Assembly (NCBI RefSeq): GCF_963921235.1
Contig: NC_086108.1
Span: 34,474,001 to 34,538,000 of the forward strand
Direction: 5' to 3'
Length of the DNA: 64,000 nucleotides
Source of the DNA: Mobula hypostoma
Taxonomy: Eukaryota
The notes beneath the pieces were generated by a model. It saw only the letters and a list, made by a program, of their open reading frames with translations, did no database searches and had not been told where the DNA came from. A program made the position numbers and the translations under genes. Position 1 is the stretch's first letter; each line of letters opens with the position of its first letter. Of the stretch, positions 25,411 through 39,830 are shown piece after piece.

Positions 25411-26779
25411 ACTTGATTTAGTCTCTGGCTGAAGGCCAATAGGATCACCAGTACGGTCTCTTTCTGGCTGCTGATTTAATTAACAGTTTCCAAAATTTGA
25501 ATGTACACAGTGGAGATTTGTTTACTCTACTCTGTCCTGTATGGCCTTGTGACCGCCTGCATATTTTCCCTTTTCTGTGTCTGTCCATTTGAGTCAAAGT
25601 TGAAGTGGCCCTCACAGGAGAATTTCTGTGCTGATCCTGAACAAACCACCCACTGATCATTTAAACTTGGCCTGAAATTGAGCTGAATCACCTTTCCACT
25701 GATGTATAATCCACCAACATTTATAATAGCTATGATGCCCCTTTGCAATTGCTATTGTCGGGATTTAAAGGTAAAGAATCTAGGGGATACACAATATTCT
25801 ATTCTACCCTCAATCCTGGAGCAAAGTTATATCTTTTGAATTAATCTTAATGTGTTTTTATCAGTTACCAACTCCAGTATCATTTAAAATGTTTGTGCTT
25901 TGTATCTCGTACAAGTCTTGGCCAATACTTTGGGTTGTAAGTGGAGTTTCGTCAGATTAGAAGTAAAATGGCTTCGCTGGTGTTTTGACCTCTGCTGAAA
26001 AACATTGCATTGGATAAGAAATCGTATATAAGATGTGCAGATTGGTTAACCACTGGTGTGAGGGCAAGTGGCTGAATCTGGGGGAAGTTGATGGAAGCGG
26101 TTAATGTAAATCGGAATTTGATGATCCACGTGGACCTGTTGGGTTCCCCACCCGGCTTGGACCCCACCATGCCACTGGATCCGGGAGAGGATGTCGAGAG
26201 GGTGGGTCTGGACCTGTGCAATCCCCTACTCACCTAAAATCCACTCATGCACACATTGTTCCTTTCTGAGGAGTGGGGTACCACCCCACTAACTGACTGA
26301 AAGGAACCATCATCATCCTATGGGATGGATAGCCAGAGAGAGAGAGAGATTGGGTTGTCGGACCCGTTTCCATGTATGACTCTCTGATGACATGCATGCA
26401 CCTTTCTAATGTTTTGATGTTGAAAGTATAACCAGATTGTTGAGCATCCAAGCACCTTCTGATGAGGAACCACTGTAGGGCATTGTTCTGACATTCATTT
26501 TGTAGGTACTGATTTATCTGCTCTACATTGCTGGTGTTCAATGGCCAAGTAATTCCACCTAAAGGGGTACATTATAGCAGATGGATGGAACATGGATAGT
26601 GATGATAACTATTTTGGTGACTGGTCCTTCACTGAAAACTTCACATACCCAGGCCAGTGGTGCGAGCCCATGGGCAATGCACGTTTTTGGCAGAAATGCC
26701 CCATGCTTCCTTAAGAGGCCTAGGTAAGGAGGGTTTTGTGTCCACAGGCAAGATGGGAAAGAGACACTGGATTTTAGCA

Positions 26780-27090
26780 GAGCAATGTTGTGTGTGGTTT
26801 TGGGCCCTGTATCTGAGGAAGGTTGTGTTGGTCCTGGAGAAGGTCCAGAGGAGGTTCACAAGAATGATTCTCGAAATGAGTGAACCTGTGAAATTTGTTG
26901 CCACAAAGGGTGGTCGAGGTCAAGTCATTGGGTGTACTTAAAGCAGAGATTGACATGCTCTTGATCAGTAAGGGGGTGAAGAGTTACAGGGGGAAGGCAT
27001 GAAAAAAATTAATCCATCATGTTTGAATGGTGGAACAGACTTGACGGGCTGAATGACTTAATTCTGCTCGTATTTCTAGAAGTCTTATAG
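26780..27090 (+). mobile_element. CR1 LINE 3' fragment with internal deletion
   Basis: EQCCVWFWALYLRKVVLVLEKVQRRFTRMI, then the 3' UTR. Confidence 0.75.
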
Positions 27091-27899
27091 AATAAGGATT
27101 TGGGTTGGGGCTGGGATGTATCAGATGGGGAGTTTGGGACGAGGAGGCAGGGGTTGGGAAACTTCCAGTTGGATGGGTGGGGAAGGGGAATTTGGGACAC
27201 CAGCAATTGGGTATTGAATTAGAAAGTATCCATTTCTAATGCTGGAGATAAGGCTGGTGACATTGAGGATTGGATTTGAACTTGGAGGGTGATGTCAGGA
27301 TCTGTACCACACTTAAGGGAGTAGATATAGCCCAAAAATGAAAAAGTTTTTGATTTACCTGCAGCCCATTCTAGCCCACTCTGCAGTAAGGAGGCAATAT
27401 AGTTTTGGGCACACTTAATGAAGAACACTCCAAGTATAACATGACTCAAATTCCCCTAAAATGCTCCAAAATGAAATGATTATCTTACTTCACTCCATGA
27501 AAAAAATCTGTTTTCTTTTAGTTGTATAGAAACTTAAGTTAAAACATTATGCAAATTGTATTGTCTTTTTATTTCTAAAATTGTGTTTTTTTGGGTTCTC
27601 ATGCAGAAATGCTTATCATTTAAGCTATTTTCTGAAATGTGCTATGTGCTCAGTAAACATTATGTTAATACACCGACAGACAAATCGGTGATACAGAACA
27701 AAAGCCATTTCTCAAGCCTGAGAAACTGTTGTGGCCTTTGATGAGATATATTTAGTTTAAGGGAAAGGATCAGTAACTTTGAAGTCCAGTCATTGCCATT
27801 CATTTTCCATTTTTACTTTTGCCCCTATTTATCCATGCTGGCCAGTAAGCGTCCTTCTGAAATAAATCCTTTGCCAAACACTTGCCCCATTACACTTTC

Positions 27900-28470
27900 T
27901 GCAATAGGCATGTTCAATTTTTACGTCTACATACTTCTCGTCTGGTGTCAGTGACCCATCTTTGAGCACTATCTCATTCAGTGAATTCCAGGTACTTGCC
28001 AGTCTCTTAGTGAAGAAGTTCCCCTTAGTATCTCATCTGGATCTCTTTTCCCTTACCTTAAACCTACAGTATGTCCTCTAGTTTTATTTACCTTTGATAT
28101 GGGGAAATAGTTCCTGCTGTCCACCTGATTAATATCCTCATAATTTATAGACCTCAAATCATTTTCCTTCTGAACCTCCTCTGCTCCAGGGAAAAAAGAC
28201 CAACCTTTTCCATTCTGTCCACATAGCTGACCTGTCCCATCCCAGACAATATCCTTGTGAATCTCCTCTGCGTGCTCTGTGGTGTCACATCCTTCCATGA
28301 TGTTGGTGACCAGAACTGCATGCAGTACTCCAGCTGAGGTCTAACCAAAGTTTAATTAAGTTGGAGTATAATCTTCTCACCTCAGCATCCAGTAAAGGCA
28401 GTATCCCATATACCTCCCCAACCACATTACCACTTAAAGGATTTGTCGACTTGTACCTCCAGAAATCTTT
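27900..28470 (-). mobile_element. CR1 LINE fragment
   Basis: ORF 28154-28348 reads LVRPQLEYCMQFWSP...QRRFTRILSGM...LFSLEQRR. Confidence 0.8.
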
Positions 28471-28808
28471 GCTTCATTCCTTAATGTTTCATGATCAGTA
28501 GTGGCATGCTTAAAACCTGCTGGGCAAGCTAACTATTGCAGCAGTGCCTGAATCTTGTTTGGTTTCTTTCTCTTGTCATCTCTTGCGATGACTTAGCCTC
28601 TGCCTGTGGTAAGTGAATCTTGTGAATCTTGCTGTAGCACGTTTTTGATTTGTAAATCTTGCCCAGACGTAGCTTCTACATCCTCTTGTCGAGTTGAGTG
28701 CTGTAGTTCACTCTACACCCACTGTTTTAGGGGCTTATTCACTGCCCCATACTATTCCTTCCAAGCATTTTGGACTGCTATGCCATAAGGAAAAAGATGA
28801 GGAATACA

Positions 28809-30433
<1,625 letters not shown>

Positions 30434-30447
30434 TAATGGATTAAACA

Positions 30448-30697
30448 GGTTCCCACCGTTGTCCATAAGGAGTTTGCATGTTTTCCCCGTAACTGTGTGT
30501 GTTTCGTATGGGTGCCCTGGTTTCCTCCCACAGTCCAAAGATGTACCGATTGATAGGTTAATTGGTCACTGTAAATTGCTCATGATTAAGCCAGGATGAA
30601 ATCGGGGTATTGCTGGGTGGTGTGGTTCAAAGGGCCGGAATAGCCTATTCTGTGCTGTATCCTAATAATTAAATAAATAAATAGATAGATAGATAGA
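30448..30697 (+). mobile_element. HE1/V-SINE-like SINE, 5' truncated, with (TAAA)n(GATA)n tail
   Basis: Same core and tail as 11026-11301. Confidence 0.8.
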
Positions 30698-32205
30698 CAA
30701 ATCAGTATTACAGTGGAGGCAAGAGAGAGGAGTTGGCCACAATTGACTGGAAAAGAACACTGGCAGGGATGACGACAGAACATCAATGGCTGGAATTTCT
30801 GGAAGCAATTTGGAAGGCGCAGGATATATACATCCCAAGGAGGAAGAAGTATTCTAAAGGAAAGATGATACAACCATGGCGAACAAGAGAAGTCAAAGCC
30901 ACCATAAAAGCCAAAGAGAGGGCATATAATAGAGCAAAAATTAGTGGGAAGTTAAAGGATTGAGAAGCTTTTAAAAGCCAGCTGGAGGCAACTGAAAATT
31001 TATTTAGAATGTGAAGATCAAATATGAAAGGTGAGGCTTTATAAGGCATTGGTGAGGCATCACCTTGAGTATTGTGAACGGTTTTGGTCTCCTTATGTAA
31101 GAGAAGATGTGCTGGTATTGGAGAGGGTTCGGAGGAGGTTCACAGGGAAGATTCATGGCATGAAAGGGTTATCGTATGAGGTACGTTTGATGGCTTTGGG
31201 TCTGTACTCACTGGAATTTAGAAGTATGAGGGGGATCTCATTGAAACCTTTTGAATGTTGAAAGGCCCAGACAGAGTAGATGTGGAAAGGATGTTTCCCA
31301 TGGTAGGGAGAGTCTAGGACAAGAGGGCAAAGCCTCAGGATGGAGGGGTGTCCATTTAAAACAGGGATGTAGAGAAATTTCTTTAGCCAGAGGGTGGTGA
31401 ATTTGTGGAATTTGTTAGCACCTGCAGTTGTGGAGGATAGGTCATTGGATATACTTAAGATGGAGATTGATCGGTTCTTGACTGGTTACGGCAGCAAAGG
31501 TTATGGGGAAAATGCCAGGGAGTGGGCCCGAGGAGGGGGAAAAAGGGATTAGCCATGATCAAATGGCGGAGCAGAATCAATGGGCCAAATAGCCTAATAC
31601 GTCTCCTACATTTTAAAGTCTTATGGTCTAAAAGCAAGGATATAATATTGAGACTTTATAAAGCACTGTTGAGGATTCACTTGGAGTATTGTAAGCAGGT
31701 TTGGACCCCTTATCTTAGAAAGGATATGCTGAAACTGGAGAGGGCTCAAAGGAGGTTCATGAGATTGATTCCAGGATTGGATAACTTGTCATATGAAGAA
31801 TGCCTGATGGCTCTGTGCCTGTATTCACTAGAACTCTGAAAAATGAGGGGTGACCTCATTGAAACCTACTGAATGGTGAAAGGCCTTGTTAGAAATGGAT
31901 GTGGAGAGGATGTTTCTTATGGTGGGAGAGTCTCAGACCGGAGGACACAGATTCAGAATAGAAGGCCGTCCTTTTAGAGCAGAGAGGAGAAGGAATTACT
32001 TTAGTCAGAGGGTGTTGAATCTGTGGAATTCTGCCAAATCTTTATATATATTTAAGGAAAAGATTGAATGGTCAGGGCATGAAGGGATGCAGGGAGAAGG
32101 CAAGAGATTGGGGCTGAGAGGAACATTGGATCAGCCATGATGAAATGGCAGAGCAGACTCGATGGGTCAAATGGCCTTATTCTGCTCCAATATCTTATGG
32201 TATCT
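30698..32205 (+). mobile_element. CR1 LINE cluster: internally deleted copy plus a second 3' end in tandem
   Basis: 30698-31030 aligns to 54460-54800. LYKALVRHHLEYCERFWSP and LYKALLRIHLEYCKQVWTP mark two successive 3' ends, each finishing cttatggt. Confidence 0.88.
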
Positions 32206-32632
32206 TATCTTAAATGGGACAATACAATAAAATAGCAGCTGGAGTAGGCATCTCAGTCCCTCAAGTTGACCCCCCGCCATCAATTAAATATGGCCTGATC
32301 AATGCTGGCCTAAACTCCTTTTCTATGATCATAGGCATTAATTTTCATAACCTCTCAAAAATGTATTACCTCCACCTCCATTACCTCCTATAATTCAATC
32401 TACACAGAAAATTCCAGAGATTCACCTTGTGCAAAATATACATTTCTATACCCCTAAATATACATTTCTATAGTTGCGTACCTCCAGAACAGTTTGCAGT
32501 CCAAAATGCAATCAGTTTTGCTCATCTCTGAAAAGTCACCAAGTTTTCTGGATAGAATTGTGCACAGTTCTATAAGGAAATGGAGGATTGTGGGATGTGT
32601 AGGAGGGAAGAGTTAGACTGATAGTAGAATAA

Positions 32633-33111
32633 AGGCTGATTTATACTTGTACATACGGGCTATGCCGTAGCCTATGCCATAGGCCTGATTCATATTTTTG
32701 CGTAGCCCTACGCCATAGCGAGCATGTGTAGTTGTGTCTGTGTCGCTCTGCAATTCACCACCAAAAGGCTAGTTGGTGGTGGTGTTTCTATGCCACTGTG
32801 TTGAGTTTCTTTGTGAGAGACATGAACGAGGAAATTCATTTCAACTATTTTCGGATGTTGGCAGGTAGATTTGATGATTTGGTTCATCGTCTCTAACCAT
32901 TTATTTCGCATCAGTGTACAGTCATGGCAGAGAAAAGCAACTGGAAATGCGTAGGAGGAAATGCGATGCTACCAAGCGGACCAATCACAGTTGTTGCGGT
33001 CTGCGTCGCTGCGACACGTGAGTTACATTTTTGGGGAGGTGCACCTCACTCTACAGCGTAGGGTACACGGTACTTACGGCGTACATTTGACGCACAAGTA
33101 TAAATCAGACT
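32633..33111. mobile_element. PIF/Harbinger-type MITE
   Basis: TIRs aggctgatttatacttgt / acaagtataaatcagact (1 mismatch), TAA on both flanks, CpG-rich subterminal repeats. Confidence 0.85.
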
Positions 33112-33252
33112 TAAGTCTACGTAGATCAGCAAAACCTCATGGGCTGAAGAGCTTGCAGTGTGCTGTTTTGTTCTATGTTCTGTGAAAGTTCGAATATGAC
33201 TGGGGATAGAAAGGAAGATTGAAAGGTGGGAGCAGAACTCCTGTGCACAACA

Positions 33253-33430
33253 GAGACACAAGAGCCCGCAGATGCTGGAATCTGGAGCCGTACACAGAAC
33301 GTGGAAGAAATTCTGTGGGTCCAGCATTCAGTTTCAGAACTCGGGGCTCCTGAGATCCAGGACCTATCCAGCCCAGGTGAAGGGTCTCAACCCAAAACAC
33401 CAGCTGTCCATTTCTCTCTATGGATGCCGA
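33253..33430. mobile_element. Penelope-like tail fragments in inverted orientation
   Basis: Minus part cacaagagcccgcagatgctggaatctgg; plus part ggtgaagggtctcaacccaaaac. Confidence 0.55.
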
Positions 33431-36120
33431 GTTGGGTATTGTTGCGGTGCACAAAGTTGCTGAGAAATGCATAGAGTTTACCTTGTGGAGCCAGTAACTT
33501 TCCTTTGACTGACAGATTTCTCAATCCCTGGGAAACCAGTGCTGCAATGGTAAATGTGAACTTCCAATGGGCCTGATTTAAATATTTTTTTAATATATTT
33601 TAACATTCTTGCTCTGCACCTGCGATTGTAACAAAATGGACAGTTTGAATTTGGATTCTAATCGCCTCTTGAAAAACAGACCTTTTTGCCTCTGTCTTGG
33701 GGGATGGGGTTGAGGGGCTCATGCTGAGGACAATGTGTATGATTCCCGTTCAATTGTTTGGAGATTATCTGTTTACACTGAGTTCTGGAGAAAACTTAGA
33801 GATCATGCGTGAAGCACGCTGTAATTTGCATTTACAATTTTGAAAGAATTCACCCTGCTTAGAATTGCATGTTTACATGAGGTCTGAGCAAAAATCGTGC
33901 CCCACACAGTGTCCCTCAGGGTAACACCTGTAAAATGTTGGAGGAACTCCTCAGGTTAGGTCTGCTGAGTTCCTGCGGCATTTTGTGTGTGCTGCCCTGA
34001 GAGACACTTGGTTGTGTACGGTGCTCTGGATTTCGAGCATCTGAAGAATTTCTGGTGTTTTTCAGGGTGTGGCCTTTATATGATAGGCAAAGCAGGGCTG
34101 GCTGTGCTAATCCTAAAGTAAATGGAAAGTTTCCATTGTAAGAGTGATATAGTAATGTTGTGTCACAGCTCCAGTGACTGGGGTTTAATCCTAACCTCTA
34201 CTGTGGAGTTTGTGCATTCTTTCTCTCGCCTCCTTCACTTTTCTCAGGATGCTCCCAAATCACAATGGTGTGCCGCTTGCTGGGTTAGAGGCCAATGTAA
34301 GTTGCCTCGGGTGTGTAGGCAAGGATAGAATCAGGGGAGTTGATCATTGGGTGTGTAGGGTCATTGGTGGAAATGTACATAATTCACAACCACCGGCATT
34401 GAGTTGGGGTTCACTTTAAGAGGCTGCAGGCACGATGACATAATTACATGAAGTTCTGTTACTGCACTTTGTGTTCAGTTTGCTGGAGCACAATAAATGA
34501 GTTGTTAGAGTTTTTCTTAAACATAAAATGCCTCGTTGTTTTATTTGTGAAAACCTACAGGTGATTGCTGGCTGGTGTAGATGTGGTGGAGTGAAGAACC
34601 TGTTTCCGTGCAGTATGCCTTTATGACTTTCTGTGGAGGAGTGATTGTATATATAAGGAGAAGCTGGTAAAGTCTCTGTGAGGGAGAAGATTAAATGAGG
34701 AAAGATAAGGGCCGTTGTGTTTTACCTGATGTAAATGCTTCAGATAATTAAGCGTCTGTCTCTGTGATTTAAGTCATTTGGAAGAGGTTGAAGACCTGTG
34801 GCGCATGTGAGTTGTCTTCATGTTGTTTGAGTACAAGGTATGTGCTGTGCAATATACATTGAAAATCTTGATTCTCCATAGCTGTTTTCACAGCCTCTGG
34901 CCCTGCCAGCGTGCTTTCCTGCCAGCACATTATTTTTCAAGTTCATTCACTCTTATATTATGGGAAATCTAACAGTATTCCCCAGGAAATTCTAAACATT
35001 CTCTCTAATAGGGGTTGTGTTGTTCTCTTGGTTACTTTATCTACAGTGCACTTCTCTTTTTTCCAAGCTGGAATTTTACCTGATGATCTGCTGTTGCTAA
35101 TTGCCTGTTTAATTTCAACTGGGAGCCACAGTGATATCCAAATTCTGTACTGCACAGGATCTCAACAGATGCCTTTAGATGGGATCTTGCCCTGAGATGA
35201 TCTATGCCTCTGTCCTGCTGTGCTTACTTGAGAAGAAATTGTTTGGACTGTTTCAGAAGGGACGTCTTAGTTTTTGGTTCAATAACTACCGTAAGTGGGC
35301 AGATGTCTTGCCACCTTGCCCACCATTGTAAAGCAGGAAACTTGCACCTTCGGCTGCCTGACTAGGGTAGCTCTTGTGCTCTCCAACTGAGCATTGGCAT
35401 GTGGAATCTAATATGCAAATATTTCTGCAGCTCAGCTGTTGCCATTGTGCATGCTGCATGCATTCTTTTGATTTCTCGTTAACTTTACTTTGGACCAAAC
35501 CAACCATCAATCATCTGAGTGAGAGGTCTGCACGTGTGAAACCACATTTATCACCTAGCTGTAAATAAATATTCTGTTCAAGTATATGTAGTGCTAATAA
35601 TTTAAAGGTATTCTCTAAATAATAATAGAGGACAGTCAACTTGTCAGCTGTTAGAAATTTCATCTACAGATTTTGTATCTGAAAACAAGCAAGCCCACAA
35701 AAAGAAGTTACAGATTGCTAAATTTAGTTTTCCTTTTACAAAAGCCATCGCCAGTTCTTTCCATGCAGTTGTTTCAACAGTGGCTTGACTGTGGGCAGTC
35801 ATGAATGAAAGTGATGAACCTTGGAAAAAACTCGGTCTTGGTCTTGTTCTGGTCAGCATTACAGCCAGTACAAGAGGGCAAACACCTTCTCTGAGCCAAA
35901 TAGTCTATCAGTAGGTATGAGGCTGCTGCTCCATATTCTTCTGTTGCTGTGGCTTTAGGATGTGAGACTCTTTAAAAGGTGTGTAGGTCTTCATCGGATA
36001 TAGTCAAATAGGAGATAAGACAGATAATTCAATGACCACCAGTTTATTCCTTACCTCCCCCTCCACCCTGCCCTGTATTGTAGCAGTGTACATCTCAAAA
36101 GTGACTAGATTACAAATTGG

Positions 36121-36389
36121 CATGAAATAATGAGATTTATCCCTAAGGTTGTGACAGTCCTCACAATCCTTACTTCCAGGCATCACAAATTGCATGCTTT
36201 TTAGTTTACTTTTGATGTTCTTAGATTTGGTAGGATATCAAGACTTAATAGCAAGCAGTTATTAAGCCTTGATGTCCTACCAACTCTAAGAACGTCAGAA
36301 GCAAACTAAAAAGCACTTAATTTATGATGCATGGAAGTAAGGATTGTGAGGACTTTCACAGCATTAGGGATAAATCTCATTATTTCATG
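36121..36389. repeat. Long imperfect palindrome, arms of ~130 bp
   Basis: catgaaataatgagatttatccctaa ... ttagggataaatctcattatttcatg. About 14 mismatches by manual alignment, with a loop under 10 nt near 36252-36258. Confidence 0.95.
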
Positions 36390-36771
36390 AGGACTTTGGT
36401 GTAACTTGTCATTTGTGAACATAAAATAGTGATGCTGTACTTCAGTAAGAGCAAAATGATAGACCAGGGATACTGAGCATGTACTGGATGCCAGTGAAGG
36501 GATTCTGTTTAGTGGGGTACATTACCTGGGAAATCTTGTGACATGTCCCTGAGCCTATGAAAGTTTAGAAAACTTGCTGGGAGCCCGGACTCAATGAGAA
36601 AAGGAAAACTATTTTTTAAATCTTGGCCCTTGTTGTTGTACCAGGTAGAGAGTGTTGAGATATTATTGAAACTGGGTTGGCCTGGTGCTTCTGAAATATC
36701 CTAACTGACCATGGAAGATTATGGAGGCTGGCAGGGGGAACTGTATACATCAACAAAGTCCATCTTTGTCA

Positions 36772-36900
36772 CTGATACTGTTTATGTGGAGTTTGCATGT
36801 TCTTCCTGTGAGTGCATAGGTTTCCTCCAGGGGCTCCAGTTTCCTTCCACATCTTAAAGGTGTGCTTAACTGGCCTCTGTACAAAGTCTCTAGTGTGTTG
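36772..36900 (+). mobile_element. V-SINE-like fragment
   Basis: gtggagtttgcatgttcttcctgtgagtgcataggtttcctccaggggctccagtttccttccacat. Confidence 0.7.
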
Positions 36901-37366
36901 GTAAAGAGTACAATCTGGAGTTGATGGGGAATGTAGGAAAAACGAAACAGATGACAGAAGTTTAGGATTGATGTAAATCTGAGGCCTCCATCGTTCAGAG
37001 TCGACCATGGATATTGCATCCTAGCTATGCAAGCCAGGGAAGTATAATGAAGTTTTGTAACTTCAAAACATTAAACTAATTCAAAGAAAGACATGGGAGT
37101 CTGGGAATGTGGACGTAATTTCATCTTCAAGCGAATCACGCACATATCGTGTGGTAGCTTGGTGACATAGGCAATTAACCTATTTTTATATAAACCTGTA
37201 ATTAACTATTTAAACAATCAAGAATGTTTAAACTATATATATATATAGTATATATATAATTACCAAATATTATTGAAATATTAAATAGACAACAAATATG
37301 GAGAGCAAACTGTTTCCCATGTAGCAAGCTTTCCCTCTACACATCTGATGAACCCACTGGTGATCT

Positions 37367-37700
37367 GATTGATCGTGTGGATAGTCAGAGGCTTTTCCCC
37401 AGGGCTGAAATGGTTAGCACAAGAGGGCATAGTTTTGAGGTGCTTGGAAGTAGGTACGGAGGAGATGTCAGGAGTAAGTTTTTTACTCAGAGAGTGGTGA
37501 GTGCGTGGAATGAGCTGCCGGCGGCGGTGGTGGAGGCGGAAACGATAGGGTCTTTTAAGAGACTCCAGGATGGCTACATGGAGCTTAGAAAAATAGAGGG
37601 CTATGGGTATAGCCTAGGTAGTCCTAAGGTAGGGACATGTTCGGCACAGCTTTGTGGGCCGAAGGGCCTGTATTGTGCTGGAGGTTTTCTGTGTTTCTAA
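37367..37700 (+). mobile_element. Young CR1 LINE 3' end
   Basis: DSQRLFPRAEMVSTRGHSFEVLGSRYGGDVRSKFFTQRVVSAWNELP, with tail gggccgaagggcctgtattgtgctg. Confidence 0.9.
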
Positions 37701-39232
37701 CCTAAAGGAATGACAGAAACCAATACTGTTTAAGTAGTGTAAATGGTACCTGGATTATTGGTGCAGACTCTGAGCAGAAGGACATCTTTCCGAATCCTTT
37801 GACTCTATGGTTCTAAAAGCTAAAGTCCCCAGTATGCAAACGCATCACTGTTTGCAGATATGACAAATTCAAATTTCTGGTTGTGATTCATATATGAAAA
37901 TGGTGTGGGAATATTTGCACGGAGATACAGAGCTGTGACATGCAAAGGTGCCATTGTTTACCAAAGTTTCCGAATCAACCTTTGTTTACTGTGCTAATAC
38001 AAAATACTTCCTTTAGTTTTACCTCACTGCTTCAAAAGAAATGAAATAATTAAGTTTCATGGAGTGGAGTGGTTATTAATGGGGGGGGGCATGGGTTCAA
38101 ATCCCAGGTTCACAAAAGTGAGGTGCTAATGGACAAACTCCTGCTCCTTGTCAAAAACCGCATGATGAAGACAACACTTGACAGCACACATTGATGTCCA
38201 AGCAAAGCTATCCTGCTTGCTAAAGGAACACCTGGTGACGACAAACAATTCTGTAGTTTACTATGCATTCTTAAAGGTTTATTTCAAGGCTCTAGGATGT
38301 TTGCTAAGGGAATGATTGTGCTGATTGACCAAGTGGATTCAGCATCACCCAGACTAGAAAGTGGCAGCTTTCTTTTATTTAAAAGTTGCATTAATGGAGA
38401 TGGGTTAAATATGAAGCTCTTTTGATGGTGCTATTTTATATTGTTAGCTAAATTCAGGGCAGTTGTTTGACCCAGGAATGAGATTTAACAGGCATTTAAA
38501 TTTCCATCATTGGAAATGACTGTGAGAAGGGTGGGGTCACATCCAGTCTCCAGTCTGTAAATTGGTTGAGGACCTGTACCAGTCTGTAAGATGTGGGTCG
38601 TAAGTCGTTTGTATGTGTGGGTGGGGTGGAAGTGTGTTTGAGGTTGATGGGCGATTTGTGAAGAGATACACCCTATAATTACAAGCAAGCTTGCAGGAAA
38701 CACGGAACTTGATATCTAAACTGTTATAAATAATTTTCAGACAGAGTGTGAGGCCATTCAGCCTATTGTATCTATACCATCAAGTTTTTTGTGACTATCA
38801 TTCAAATAAAAGCATTTGTATTCAAAAGCTGTCATTGAAAGCTCATGGGAAGCTATGGTAATATTGTGGATTGATGTCCTTGGGCCAGTGAGCAGGAGAC
38901 AATCTCATCTTACAGCTGAGATATTTAGTTAACTAGGGAAAGCTGGAATGAGGAAGGTAAAATCAGTCATTGTGAATAAAAATCAACATTTTGTTGAAAA
39001 ACCCATCTGGTTCAGCAACGTCTTCTATGGAAGGACACCAGGCATACTCACCCATTCTGCCTCGTATTTGACTCCAGACCTACGGCAATGTGATTGATGT
39101 CTAATAACCCTCTTTGTCTCAAATTGTCCTTGTGAAGATGCCAATGTGACACATCTAGTAAAGTTACTCCCCACTGTTGTGACTGTGAATGAAGTCACCA
39201 GAGAGACACTGAAGCCAGTGGATGTAGATGTC

Positions 39233-39462
39233 TTTATTTATTTATTTCATAAAGCCCTCGAGCCAGATCTTAGCCTTTAACATTAGACTAATCACAGGAC
39301 AGTTTACAATGACCAATTAACCTGCCAATCAATATGTCTTTGGACTGTGGGAGGAAACCGGAGCACCCGGAGGAAACCCACACGGTCACGGGGAGAAAGT
39401 ACAAACTCCTTACAGGCAGCATCGGGAAATGAGCCCGGGTCACTTGTACAGTAAGGCGATGT
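39233..39462 (-). mobile_element. HE1/V-SINE-like SINE
   Basis: Reverse complement of the 11026-11301 family (ggaggaaaccggagcacccggaggaaaccca). Confidence 0.8.
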
Positions 39463-39509
39463 GCCAGACAAGCAGGCATCATACTGGAGACAAACTTGGA
39501 AGAAGAGGT

Positions 39510-39830
39510 AAACACAAAATACTCTTCAGATGCTGGGGTCAAAGCAACACTCACAGCATGCTGGAGGAACTCAGCAGGTCGGGCAACATCCGTGGAAACG
39601 ATCAGTCAATGCTTCGAGCTGAAACCCTTCCTCAGGACTGAAGAGGGAAGGGGCAGAGGCCCTATAAAGAAGGTGGGAGGAGGGTAGGTTCCAGGTGAAT
39701 AACCAGTAAGGGGAAAGATAAAGTGGTGGGGGAGGGGAAGCAGGGAGGGGATAGGCAGGAAAGGTGAAGAAGGAATAGGGGACAACACAATGGGTAGTAG
39801 AAAGAGGCGAAACCATGAGGGAGGTAGTCG
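39510..39830 (-). mobile_element. Penelope-like 3' tail
   Basis: gctggaggaactcagcaggtc...aaacccttcctcaggactg followed by the purine-rich 3' UTR. Confidence 0.75.
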
